In this document: positions 1 through 8,935 of the stretch, in pieces | How the letters are laid out: each line of letters opens with the position of its first letter | Numbering within the stretch: position 1 is the first letter of the stretch | Source of the DNA: an uncultured Acidimicrobiales bacterium | GTDB lineage: Bacteria; Actinomycetota; Acidimicrobiia; Acidimicrobiales; SHLQ01 | Direction of reading: 5' to 3' | NCBI GenBank assembly: GCA_964562985.1 | Contig: CAZLWE010000006.1 | Location: forward strand, 20,991 to 84,990 | DNA length: 64,000 nucleotides | Notes under the pieces: model-generated | Database searches by the model: none | Told to the model about the DNA's origin: nothing | Seen by the model: only the letters and a program-made list of their open reading frames with translations | Translations under genes and position numbers: made by a program

Positions 1-247
1 GAGCCTGGTGGGGCCTCGGCCGCTTCCAGTTCATGAGGTCGAAGCAGCGCCCGTGAGCTTCTTAGATCGACACATGGTCAAGCCAGGGCTCACCGGCCGA
101 TGGCAGGTTTCCGGGCGTTCGAACACCGGGTTCAAAGAGCTTGACGAGCTCGACCGGTGGTACGTGGATAACTGGTCGTTGGGCCAGGACTTCGAAATTT
201 TGGCGAGAACTGTTCCGGCGGTACTTATGGCGCGCGGCGCCAGGTAG
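1..247 (+). CDS. Bacterial sugar transferase (polyprenyl glycosylphosphotransferase, WbaP-like), C-terminal fragment; 5' end outside the window
   Basis: The frame is open from the window edge to TAG 245-247. It reads ...SLVGPRPLP...KPGLTGRWQVSGRS...DNWSLGQD...VPAVL and aligns by eye with the C-terminus of the next gene. Confidence 0.8.
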   Translation, partial: SLVGPRPLPVHEVEAAPVSFLDRHMVKPGLTGRWQVSGRSNTGFKELDELDRWYVDNWSLGQDFEILARTVPAVLMARGAR

Positions 248-261
248 GAGAACGGCGATAC

Positions 262-1671
262 ATGAGTGTTTTGATCGAATCGAATCGTAGAGGCGCGTGG
301 CTACACATCGGACTCGACCTCGCGCTTCTCTTTGGCGTCATGATCGCGGTGACATTGTGGCTATGGGGAATCGGCGAGTTCTTCGCGTCAGGTTCGGTCA
401 TGCTCGGGGTCGTCGTAGCTCTGGGGATCGTCGTCTATTTGATCTGGGAAGGTATGTACGAGGCCTCCCATTCACGTCGCTGGCCGACTGCGGTGGCTTT
501 GGTGTTTCGTGGGGTGCTTGTGGGTGCGGCAGCCTTTGCTTTGATCGCTTTCGTGGTCGGGATCGGCGACGGCGCTCGCCGGTGGGTCGGGGTGGTTTCG
601 CTCCTGTGGTTCACCTTGCTTGCGCTACACCACGGAGTTCGTGCCACGCTGCCACGCAACCTCAGCCGGGTGATTGTCGCTGGTAACCCGCAACAGGCGA
701 TCGCTATGCGAGATCTTCTGTTGACCGATCGCCGCCGACGCCATCACGTGTTGGGATTTGTGGTCGACGACCCAGCGAATTGCAAGTGGTCAACATCGGC
801 GACATCTCGCGCACGAAGCATGAACGGACAACGGGGCTCTGAGCTCGGTGTCATCGACGACCTGCCCCGTTTAGTCGAGGTGTATGACGCTGACCAAGTG
901 ATCTTCTGCATGGGTGGGCTCACCGGTGGCCGCTTTGCCCAGGTGGCGCGCTATTTGAGCCGCATGGGAGTCGACGTGGCTATGGCTGGGATCGGTGAGG
1001 TCGCCCCAAGACGTGTCGGGATTAGTCATATTGAGGGCCGCCCGATCGTGTCGATCGCTCCATCGACCGTGTCCCCATGGCAGCTGGGCGTGAAGCGAAT
1101 CGTCGACATCGTCGTTTCGGGAGGACTCCTCCTTGTCCTGGCACCGCTAGGCGCCGTGGTGTCGTTGCTCATCCGCTTTGTTGATGGCAACTCGCCAATC
1201 TTCTCGCAGCGGCGTGTCGGTAAGGGTGGTCAAGTCTTCATGATCTACAAATTCCAGACCATGGTCGCCGATGCGGAGAGGATGAAACTCGACCTCACCA
1301 ACGAGTACGACGGGCCGATCTTCAAAATGGAGGCGGATCCTCGGGTCACTCGAATAGGTGCCTTCTTGCGCAAGACGTCGATCGATGAGCTACCGCAACT
1401 CGTCAATGTGTTGCGAGGCGACATGAGCCTCGTCGGGCCTCGACCCTTCGTCGAGAGTGAGGTGTACGCCGCTCCAGACCGATTCCGTCAACGCGAATCG
1501 GTCACCCCAGGTATGACCGGGGCGTGGCAGGTCTCGGGTCGCTCTGACACCGACTTTGATGAACTTGTCGAGTTGGATAGCTGGTACGTCGAGAACTGGT
1601 CGCTCGGTGAGGATCTTGGAATTCTGGCCAAGACCGTTCCGGCGGTGCTTCGCCAAAAAGGCGCTCGCTAA
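262..1671 (+). CDS. Polyprenyl glycosylphosphotransferase (bacterial sugar transferase family, WbaP-like)
   Basis: 469-aa ORF with AGGAG about 12 nt upstream of the ATG. The N-terminus is hydrophobic. The catalytic block reads IYKFQTM..GPIFKM..DPRVT..LRKTSIDELPQL.NVL.GDMSLVGPRP..PGMTGAWQVSGRS..ENWSL. Confidence 0.85.
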   Translation: MSVLIESNRRGAWLHIGLDLALLFGVMIAVTLWLWGIGEFFASGSVMLGVVVALGIVVYLIWEGMYEASHSRRWPTAVALVFRGVLVGAAAFALIAFVVGIGDGARRWVGVVSLLWFTLLALHHGVRATLPRNLSRVIVAGNPQQAIAMRDLLLTDRRRRHHVLGFVVDDPANCKWSTSATSRARSMNGQRGSELGVIDDLPRLVEVYDADQVIFCMGGLTGGRFAQVARYLSRMGVDVAMAGIGEVAPRRVGISHIEGRPIVSIAPSTVSPWQLGVKRIVDIVVSGGLLLVLAPLGAVVSLLIRFVDGNSPIFSQRRVGKGGQVFMIYKFQTMVADAERMKLDLTNEYDGPIFKMEADPRVTRIGAFLRKTSIDELPQLVNVLRGDMSLVGPRPFVESEVYAAPDRFRQRESVTPGMTGAWQVSGRSDTDFDELVELDSWYVENWSLGEDLGILAKTVPAVLRQKGAR

Positions 1672-2075
1672 CCGTCGGCGCTCGATTCCTCGCTGGCGGG
1701 TTCGAAGTCCTCCGGTTTGGGCGGATCGAATCGAACGTCGAGTGCCATCCAGAGCGTGTGGCTAAGCGGGACGAAGAATGGGAGTGCGACCAGCCCGGCG
1801 ATCAACGGGATCCCCAGCGCGACCAGCACGCTTGCTCCCAGCGAGGCGAGTATGAGCATGGCGGTCAACGCAATGCCGCCGATGAGTGCGTAGGTCACGA
1901 TCAGTGCGCCGAGGAAGTAGCCGTGCTCGCGGTTGAAGCGGTACCGGCAGTGATCGCAGACCTCTTGTTGGGTAAAGCCGTCGTACACTCGGCCGATCCC
2001 GCAGTTGGGACAGGTCCGCCGTAGCGCTCTGTGCAGCAGCGTTGCGGTCCCAGGGGTGCTCACCCGATCCACCAT
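1668..2075 (-). CDS. DUF983-like small membrane protein with an N-terminal zinc-ribbon
   Basis: 135-aa ORF with CPNCG ... CDHC followed by two hydrophobic helices. It is convergent with the sugar transferase and their 3' ends overlap by 4 nt. Confidence 0.55.
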   Translation of the reverse strand: MVDRVSTPGTATLLHRALRRTCPNCGIGRVYDGFTQQEVCDHCRYRFNREHGYFLGALIVTYALIGGIALTAMLILASLGASVLVALGIPLIAGLVALPFFVPLSHTLWMALDVRFDPPKPEDFEPASEESSADG

Positions 2076-2146
2076 AGGACCAAGACGCAGCGGAGTTCTG
2101 GCGCTCCTTCCCTCAAGGCCGGCTCAGGTTGAGCGATGATTGAGGT

Positions 2147-3778
2147 ATGCATGAGCGCGCCGGTCAACCCGCACAACCCGAAGATCTCATCGATGTCGAC
2201 GAGGTCATCTCCGCCTACTACGACAAAAAGCCGGATCCCTCCGACATCTCCCAGCGGGTGGAGTTCGGAACGTCAGGTCACCGCGGCACCTCCCTCAACA
2301 CCTCGTTCAATGAGGCGCACATCGCAGCGACGACCCAGGCGATTGTGGAGTATCGGGCAGCGCAGGGAACGACCGGGCCGCTGTTCTTGGGTAAGGACAC
2401 GCATTGTTTGAGCGACCCGGCTACCGCGACCGCTCTTGAAGTTCTGGCGGGCAATGGCGTGTCGACCATGGTCGACAGCGCGGACCGGTTCACCCCGACA
2501 CCCGCGGTCAGCCACGCGATCCTCGGATACAACCGAGCGAGTGGGCGCGGACAGGCCGACGGCATTGTGGTGACCCCTTCGCACAACCCGCCCCGCGATG
2601 GTGGGTTCAAGTACAACCCACCGCACGGCGGTCCCGCCGATAGCGATGCGACCTCGTGGATTGCCGATCGGGCGAACCAGCTGCTCGAAGCAGATCTCGT
2701 CGGTGTGACGCGGGTATCGATCGACGAGGCCCGCTCCGCCGAGACGACACAGGCCTATGAGTTCATGGCGAACTACGTGTCGGACCTCGCTTCCGTGCTC
2801 AACCTCGACGCGATCCGAGACGCTGGGGTTCGTATCGGTGCCGACCCGATGGGAGGCGCAGCGGTTGACTATTGGGGTGCGATTGGCGAGGAGCACAATC
2901 TCGATCTCACTGTGGTGAATCCCGAGGTCGATCCAGCCTGGCGATTCATGACGTTGGATTGGGACGGAAAGATTCGGATGGATTGCTCGTCGCCGAATGC
3001 CATGGCGTCGCTCGTGGCGGCCAAGGACAGCTACGACATCTCGACCGGCAACGACGCCGATGCCGACCGTCATGGCATCGTGACTTCCGATGGTGGCTTG
3101 ATGAACCCGAACCACTTCTTGGCCGTGGCAATTGACTATCTCTTCGCCAACCGTCCTGGTTGGGGAGTGGACACGGCTATCGGCAAGACCTTGGTTTCGT
3201 CGTCGATGATCGACCGTGTGGCAGAGGCGCTCGGTCGCACTCTGATCGAGGTCCCCGTCGGGTTCAAGTGGTTCGTCCCAGGCCTGATCGCCGGTTCGGT
3301 CGGCTTTGGTGGTGAGGAGTCTGCCGGTGCATCGTTCCTTCGTCATGACGGGTCCGTCTGGAGCACGGATAAGGACGGTCTGATCCTGTGCCTGCTCGCT
3401 TCAGAGATTCAGGCGATCACCGGCAAGAGTCCAAGCGAGCGCTATGCGGAGCTCACCGCCGAGTACGGCGCGCCCGCCTATGCCCGGATCGACGCACCGG
3501 CCACCCGCGAGCAGAAGGCCACCCTCAAGGGCCTCACGCCGAGCGACGTCACCGCAACCGAAGTCGCCGGCGAGGCGATCACCGGGACCTTCACCGAGGC
3601 ACCCGGCAACGGCGCAGCCATCGGCGGTCTCAAGGTTCAGACCGAGAACGCCTGGTTCGCTGCTCGACCATCGGGTACCGAAGACGTCTACAAGATCTAC
3701 GCCGAGAGCTTCAAGGGCGCTGAACATCTCGCCCAGGTGCAAAAAGAAGCCAAAGCCCTCGTTGACGCTGTGCTGTAG
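2147..3778 (+). CDS. pgm: Phosphoglucomutase, alpha-D-glucose phosphate-specific
   Basis: 543 aa. It has N-terminal RAGQPAQPEDLIDV..ISAYY, FGTSGHRG, the phosphoserine loop TPSHNPPRDGGFKYN, GADPMGG, and GEESAG near the C-terminal domain. Confidence 0.9.
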   Translation: MHERAGQPAQPEDLIDVDEVISAYYDKKPDPSDISQRVEFGTSGHRGTSLNTSFNEAHIAATTQAIVEYRAAQGTTGPLFLGKDTHCLSDPATATALEVLAGNGVSTMVDSADRFTPTPAVSHAILGYNRASGRGQADGIVVTPSHNPPRDGGFKYNPPHGGPADSDATSWIADRANQLLEADLVGVTRVSIDEARSAETTQAYEFMANYVSDLASVLNLDAIRDAGVRIGADPMGGAAVDYWGAIGEEHNLDLTVVNPEVDPAWRFMTLDWDGKIRMDCSSPNAMASLVAAKDSYDISTGNDADADRHGIVTSDGGLMNPNHFLAVAIDYLFANRPGWGVDTAIGKTLVSSSMIDRVAEALGRTLIEVPVGFKWFVPGLIAGSVGFGGEESAGASFLRHDGSVWSTDKDGLILCLLASEIQAITGKSPSERYAELTAEYGAPAYARIDAPATREQKATLKGLTPSDVTATEVAGEAITGTFTEAPGNGAAIGGLKVQTENAWFAARPSGTEDVYKIYAESFKGAEHLAQVQKEAKALVDAVL

Positions 3779-3888
3779 AACGGCATGGGTTAGTCGACCC
3801 GGTTTAGGTAACGGAAATGTGAACCGATAGTAGAAACGCGGAGCCCATGGCGTAATTCGTAGCCGGGCTACATCGATTCGGGACCGAG

Positions 3889-4941
3889 ATGCAGTGGATC
3901 TTTGACTTTAGCCAAACGGTACTGGAGCAGATCACCGCGGTATTGCGGGACCCGGTAGATCCACAAAGCCGAGTCTTTTGGCTGTACTTGCTGTCGTCGC
4001 TTGTCGCTGCCTTTCTCGTGTACCTGGCGGCGAGGTCGAACGAAAGCCATTCGATGCACCAGGACGCCGAGGGCAGCTTTCTGCGCTTCCTCTTTCCCCA
4101 GCGGGTGTGGAGCCAAAAATCAGCGTGGCTCGACTTGCGGTATGTCTTTGTTCAGAAAGTTCTCTTTCTGTCGGTCTTTCTGACAGCCACCCTGGCCGGG
4201 ATCCTTCTCGGCTTTCAGTGGGTTTCCGGCGGGCGATCGATTGAGAACGTGGTCTCCCAAGAGGAGCTGACATCGGTCGAAGATTGGGGAACCGGGATCG
4301 TATTCATGTTGATCCTCCTGATCTCGGGGGACTTCATCGCCTGGCTTATCCACTATCTGCAACACAAAGTTCCGGTGCTGTGGCAGTTTCACAAAGTGCA
4401 CCACTCTGCCGAGGTCATGCACCCGATATCGAACTTCCGGGAGCACCCGGTCGACAACCTGTTCTACAACTTCTTCATCGGAATGGGAGGTGGGGCGGCC
4501 ACCGCTCTCGCGGTTCGCATGTTCGGCATTGTTCCAAAGGTGCCATCGATTCTGGGCATTTCCGCCCTGATGTTCTTCTTCAACTTTGTGGCGTACAACC
4601 TGCGCCACAGCCATGTCTGGCTGCGTTGGCCCGGTGTGTGGTCGGCGGTGTTTGGTTCGCCGGCGCACCATCACGTGCATCACTCCCGCCACCCAGATCA
4701 CATCGACAAGAACTTTGCGTTCATCTTCCCGCTGTGGGACGTCATCTTTAGGACCTACCTCATGCCCGAAGACAATCGAGATGTCGAGTTCGGGGTCACC
4801 GAAGGCGATGACGAGGGCCTCGACAGCATCCTCGGCTTGTTCCTGATCCCATTCCGTGACGCATACCGAGTACTCACCGGCAAACGCGGGATCACCCCGA
4901 CGAATACCGAGCCCGAGAGGGCTCTCGAGCCAGTCGACTAA
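3889..4941 (+). CDS. Fatty acid hydroxylase / sterol desaturase superfamily membrane protein
   Basis: 350 aa and polytopic. Histidine boxes are HKVHHS, NLRHSH and HHHVHHS. Confidence 0.75.
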   Translation: MQWIFDFSQTVLEQITAVLRDPVDPQSRVFWLYLLSSLVAAFLVYLAARSNESHSMHQDAEGSFLRFLFPQRVWSQKSAWLDLRYVFVQKVLFLSVFLTATLAGILLGFQWVSGGRSIENVVSQEELTSVEDWGTGIVFMLILLISGDFIAWLIHYLQHKVPVLWQFHKVHHSAEVMHPISNFREHPVDNLFYNFFIGMGGGAATALAVRMFGIVPKVPSILGISALMFFFNFVAYNLRHSHVWLRWPGVWSAVFGSPAHHHVHHSRHPDHIDKNFAFIFPLWDVIFRTYLMPEDNRDVEFGVTEGDDEGLDSILGLFLIPFRDAYRVLTGKRGITPTNTEPERALEPVD

Positions 4942-4974
4942 TTCGGGCCGTCTCAACGGTCTCCGTTGGACGGT

Positions 4975-5970
4975 TTAGACGACCAGGTTCTCGACTCGGT
5001 CTACGAGGTGATCAGCTGCAGCCTTGAGGGCCGCGCCGCCTGCAGTGTCGGAGAATGAGCTGAGCGCGTTGGTTGCTGCTTCGGCGTGTCGCTTGGCATC
5101 GGCGTGGGCGCTCTTGAGGGCGCCGCTCGCTCGAACGATTTCGCGTGCCTCGTCGCGCGCGGTGGTATCGATGGGGCGACCGAGGAGCTGTTGCAGGTCT
5201 TTGCCGACCTCGCCATGGGCCATCGCTCGGATGACCGGCAGGGTGTAGACGCCTTCGATCATGTCGTTGCCGGCAGGCTTGCCGAGCTCTTCGTCGGTGG
5301 CGGTGAGGTCCAAGATGTCGTCGACCACCTGGAACGCCAAGCCGTAGGACCGTCCGAAGATTGTGAGCTGCTCGGTCGTTTCTTCGGGCAGCTCGTTGAC
5401 GATGCCGCCGATGCGACACGCCGCAGCCAAGAGCGATGCGGTCTTGCCGTCGATCGACTTGAGATAGGACTCTTCGGTGCGGTCGACGCGGTAGAGGTAT
5501 TCGAGTTCGCGGACCTGACCGTCGCAGAGTTGGCTGATGGTCTTTGCCAACAGTCCAGCGACTTCAACGCCCAACGATGCGGAGATCTCCGATGCCCGGC
5601 CGAGGAGAAAGTCGCCGGCCAGGATCGCTTGGTGGTTGCCCCACTTGGAGTTGACCGATTCGACCGTGCGTCGAGTTGTGGCCGAATCCATGACGTCATC
5701 GTGGTAGAGCGAGCCCTGGTGAACGAGTTCAACGGCTACCGCTCCCAGGATGACTTCGTGGCTGGCCGGAGCGAAATTCGCTTGCGCTGCAGCTGCAGCG
5801 GTAATACAAAAACCGGGCCGAACCCGCTTGCCGCCCGCACTGATGAGGTGGGACGCGACCTCCTGGAGAAGCCCGTTATCGGTCTCTACGGATCGATACA
5901 GCTCTTCTTCTACCCGGTCCAGGTCGCTGACCAGAGCCGGGACCTCTTCGAGGGGACTCGTTGTAGCCAC
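4975..5970 (-). CDS. Polyprenyl diphosphate synthase (trans-isoprenyl diphosphate synthase family)
   Basis: 331 aa with two Asp-rich motifs, LYHDDVMD and QVVDDILD, plus GKRVRP near the N-terminus. Confidence 0.85.
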   Translation of the reverse strand: MATTSPLEEVPALVSDLDRVEEELYRSVETDNGLLQEVASHLISAGGKRVRPGFCITAAAAAQANFAPASHEVILGAVAVELVHQGSLYHDDVMDSATTRRTVESVNSKWGNHQAILAGDFLLGRASEISASLGVEVAGLLAKTISQLCDGQVRELEYLYRVDRTEESYLKSIDGKTASLLAAACRIGGIVNELPEETTEQLTIFGRSYGLAFQVVDDILDLTATDEELGKPAGNDMIEGVYTLPVIRAMAHGEVGKDLQQLLGRPIDTTARDEAREIVRASGALKSAHADAKRHAEAATNALSSFSDTAGGAALKAAADHLVDRVENLVV

Positions 5971-6043
5971 ACTTCTATGTTAGGAAGTTCCCACTCTGAG
6001 TGCCCTATTCATTGGAGAGCAATTTCGTCTCTTGGGAATGAAT

Positions 6044-6061
6044 TCGTCGCTCAGGGCGCTC
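6044..6061 (+). promoter_or_regulatory. Possible ClgR-type operator (CGC-N5-GCG) in the clpC leader
   Basis: TTCGTCGCTCAGGGCGCTC fits the published corynebacterial/streptomycete ClgR consensus WNNWCGCYNANRGCGWWS at all but one position. It lies about 130 nt upstream of the clpC start. Confidence 0.3.
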
Positions 6062-6186
6062 ACCACTGAAGAGATCCTGCCGACAAGAAATGTAACCAGC
6101 TGATCAACTCTCTTCTCTTTCCGAAGGTGAGCGGGGGTGGCCGGTGGCTAGACTTGGCAGTCACAGTTCGCTTAAGGAGAAAAACC

Positions 6187-8736
6187 TTGTTCGAGAGATT
6201 CACCGATCGGGCTCGTCGAGTCGTGGTGTTGGCGCAAGAAGAAGCGCGCCTTTTGAACCATAACTACATCGGTACTGAGCACATCTTGCTCGGGCTGATC
6301 CACGAGGGTGAAGGCGTCGCTGCAAAGGCGTTGGAATCCCTTGGTATCTCCCTGGAGGCTGTTCGCAGCCAGGTTGAGGAGATCATCGGTCAGGGTGGGT
6401 CGTCCCCATCGGGCCACATCCCCTTCACCCCTCGTGCCAAGAAAGTCCTCGAGCTGTCGCTTCGTGAAGCGCTACAACTCGGCCACAACTACATCGGCAC
6501 CGAGCACATCCTGCTCGGTCTGATTCGCGAGGGCGAAGGGGTTGCTGCACAGGTGCTCGTGAAGCTCGGCGCAGACCTCTCCCGCGTTCGCCAACAAGTC
6601 ATCCAACTTCTTAGCGGCTACTCCGGCCCTGGCGGCGGCTCGGCTGCAACCGGTGGTACCGGAGACAAAGCTGGCGCAACCGCAGGTGGAGCCGGCGGCA
6701 CCGACAATCAGTCGGGTTCGCTCGTTCTCGATCAATTCGGTCGCAACCTCACCCAGGTTGCTCGCGACAAGGGCCTCGACCCGGTCGTTGGTCGTGCGAA
6801 GGAAACCGAGCGCGTCATGCAGGTGCTCTCGCGCCGCTCCAAGAACAACCCCGTACTCATCGGCGAGCCCGGCGTCGGCAAGACCGCCATCGTCGAGGGG
6901 CTCGCACAGGCGATTGCTTCGGACAACGTTCCAGACACGATCCGCAACAAGCAGCTCTACACCCTCGACCTCGGCGCACTGGTCGCCGGATCTCGCTACC
7001 GCGGTGATTTCGAGGAACGCCTCAAGAAGGTCCTCAAAGAGATCAAGACCCGCGGCGACATCATCTTGTTCATCGACGAGATCCACACCCTCGTGGGTGC
7101 CGGTGCCGCAGAAGGCGCGATCGACGCTGCGTCGATCCTCAAGCCAATGCTCGCACGTGGCGAACTCCAGACCATCGGAGCCACCACGCTCGACGAGTAC
7201 CGCAAGCACCTCGAAAAGGACGCCGCTCTTGAGCGCCGCTTCCAGCCGGTCAAGGTCGAAGAGCCGTCGGTTGCCCACACCATCGAGATCCTCAAGGGCC
7301 TCCGGGAGCGCTACGAAGAGCATCACCGAGTCACCATCACCGATCAGGCGCTTGTCGCAGCGGCCAACATGGCCGACCGCTACATCTCCGATCGCTTCCT
7401 CCCAGACAAGGCCATCGACTTGATCGACGAGGCTGGCTCTCGCCTGCGCATCAAGCGCATGGATACTCCGCCGGAGTACAAAGAGATCGAAGCCGAGATC
7501 GCCGAAGTTGTCCGCAACAAGAAGATCGCTGTCGAAGAGCAGCGCTTTGAAGATGCTGGCGAACTGCGCGACCGCGAAAAGGAACTCCTGGAAAAGCGCG
7601 TCGAAGTCGAAGCCGAAATCAAGGCCTCCGGTACCGACCTCTTCGACGAGGTTGACGAAGAAGCCATCGCCGAGGTGCTTTCGCTGTGGACCGGCATCCC
7701 GGTCTACAAGCTCACCGAAGAAGAGACCGAGAAGCTCCTCAACATGGAAGCCGAGCTGCATAAGCGTGTGATCGGCCAGGAGCAGGCAATCGAAGCGCTT
7801 TCACGTGCGATCCGTCGTACTCGCGCTGGCCTGAAGGACCCGAAACGACCATCGGGCTCGTTCATCTTCCTCGGCCCATCGGGTGTCGGTAAGACCGAGC
7901 TCGCCAAGACCCTCGCCGAGTTCCTCTTTGGCGAAGAAGAAGCACTCATCACCCTCGACATGTCCGAGTACATGGAGAAGCACACGGTTAGCCGTCTCGT
8001 CGGCTCGCCTCCCGGTTACGTCGGCTACGACGAGGGTGGCCAGCTCACCGAAGCGGTACGCCGTAAGCCATTCTCCGTTGTTCTCTTCGACGAGATCGAA
8101 AAGGGCCATACCGATGTCTTCAACACCTTGTTGCAGATCCTTGAAGAGGGTCGCCTCACCGACAGCCAAGGCCGTTCGGTTGACTTCCGCAACACCGTGC
8201 TCATCATGACCTCGAACCTCGGTACCCGAGACCTCCGCAAGGCAAACCTCGGCTTCTCCAAGGCTGACCAGGCCATTAGCTATGAGCGGATGAAGGAAAA
8301 GGCGCACGACGCCCTCAAAGAGCACTTCCGCCCAGAGTTCCTGAACCGTGTCGACGACACGATCGTGTTCCACGAGCTCGCCCAGCATGAGGTACGCCAG
8401 ATCGTTGATCTCATGATCAAGCGTGTGGCCACTCAGATGGCGAACCAAGGCATGGGCCTCGAGCTCACGGACGCCGCCAAAGACTTCGTATCGATCAAGG
8501 GCTACGACCCGACCCTCGGTGCCCGTCCGCTTCGCCGTGCGCTCCAGCGCCTCGTTGAAGATCCGCTCTCGGAGAAGCTCCTATATAAGGAGTTCCGTGC
8601 AGGCGAAATCATCATCGTCGACGTCGAAGACGACCTGGAGCATCCAGGCGAACAGCAGATCGTGTTCCGGGCCATCGAAGGCTTCGAACCTCCTCCCGTG
8701 GAAGAACTCGAAGACTCCGACAAGGCACAGGTCTAA
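6187..8736 (+). CDS. clpC: ATP-dependent Clp protease ATP-binding subunit ClpC (ClpC1 type)
   Basis: The start is moved to TTG 6187, giving the canonical [14 protein letters not shown]-terminus, with AAGGAGA 6 nt upstream. There are two Clp_N repeats, Walker A motifs GEPGVGKT and GPSGVGKT, and a UVR-like linker. Confidence 0.95.
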   Translation: MFERFTDRARRVVVLAQEEARLLNHNYIGTEHILLGLIHEGEGVAAKALESLGISLEAVRSQVEEIIGQGGSSPSGHIPFTPRAKKVLELSLREALQLGHNYIGTEHILLGLIREGEGVAAQVLVKLGADLSRVRQQVIQLLSGYSGPGGGSAATGGTGDKAGATAGGAGGTDNQSGSLVLDQFGRNLTQVARDKGLDPVVGRAKETERVMQVLSRRSKNNPVLIGEPGVGKTAIVEGLAQAIASDNVPDTIRNKQLYTLDLGALVAGSRYRGDFEERLKKVLKEIKTRGDIILFIDEIHTLVGAGAAEGAIDAASILKPMLARGELQTIGATTLDEYRKHLEKDAALERRFQPVKVEEPSVAHTIEILKGLRERYEEHHRVTITDQALVAAANMADRYISDRFLPDKAIDLIDEAGSRLRIKRMDTPPEYKEIEAEIAEVVRNKKIAVEEQRFEDAGELRDREKELLEKRVEVEAEIKASGTDLFDEVDEEAIAEVLSLWTGIPVYKLTEEETEKLLNMEAELHKRVIGQEQAIEALSRAIRRTRAGLKDPKRPSGSFIFLGPSGVGKTELAKTLAEFLFGEEEALITLDMSEYMEKHTVSRLVGSPPGYVGYDEGGQLTEAVRRKPFSVVLFDEIEKGHTDVFNTLLQILEEGRLTDSQGRSVDFRNTVLIMTSNLGTRDLRKANLGFSKADQAISYERMKEKAHDALKEHFRPEFLNRVDDTIVFHELAQHEVRQIVDLMIKRVATQMANQGMGLELTDAAKDFVSIKGYDPTLGARPLRRALQRLVEDPLSEKLLYKEFRAGEIIIVDVEDDLEHPGEQQIVFRAIEGFEPPPVEELEDSDKAQV

Positions 8737-8808
8737 GCGAACTCTTCGAGTTCGTACAAGTGTCGGCTGCGCCGAACTTGGCAACCCGTCGGCCCTGTGG
8801 GGTTGCTT

Positions 8809-8833
8809 CGAGTTTTGGCTGCGCCAAAACTCG
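8809..8833 (+). terminator. Strong hairpin downstream of clpC (10-bp perfect stem, 5-nt loop), probable terminator
   Basis: CGAGTTTTGG-CTGCG-CCAAAACTCG. A smaller hairpin, CGAACTC-TTC-GAGTTCG, sits at 8738..8754. There is no U-tract. Confidence 0.35.
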
Positions 8834-8935
8834 GCGACAGTCGAAGTGTGACGTGTTTGTCCCTTTGTTACTGTTCGACTGCGACTTGACGACAAAGTTC
8901 TACTCCCGGTGAGAAACCGCCTAGCGTAAGTCGCC

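Noticed and set aside
1698-1710. GGGTTCGAAGTCC, a tRNA T-arm-like string.
   Set aside because: It lies inside the DUF983 coding region, and no acceptor, D or anticodon arms can be drawn around it. No tRNA was found anywhere in the window.
6472-7761. Long antisense or alternative-frame ORFs inside clpC, pgm (2273..3346), the polyprenyl synthase (5086..6069), sdhA (38311..39249), sbcC (17929..18606, 19272..19889), the GH2 gene and others.
   Set aside because: Each overlaps a gene with strong family motifs in another frame or strand. They are high-GC open-frame artefacts.
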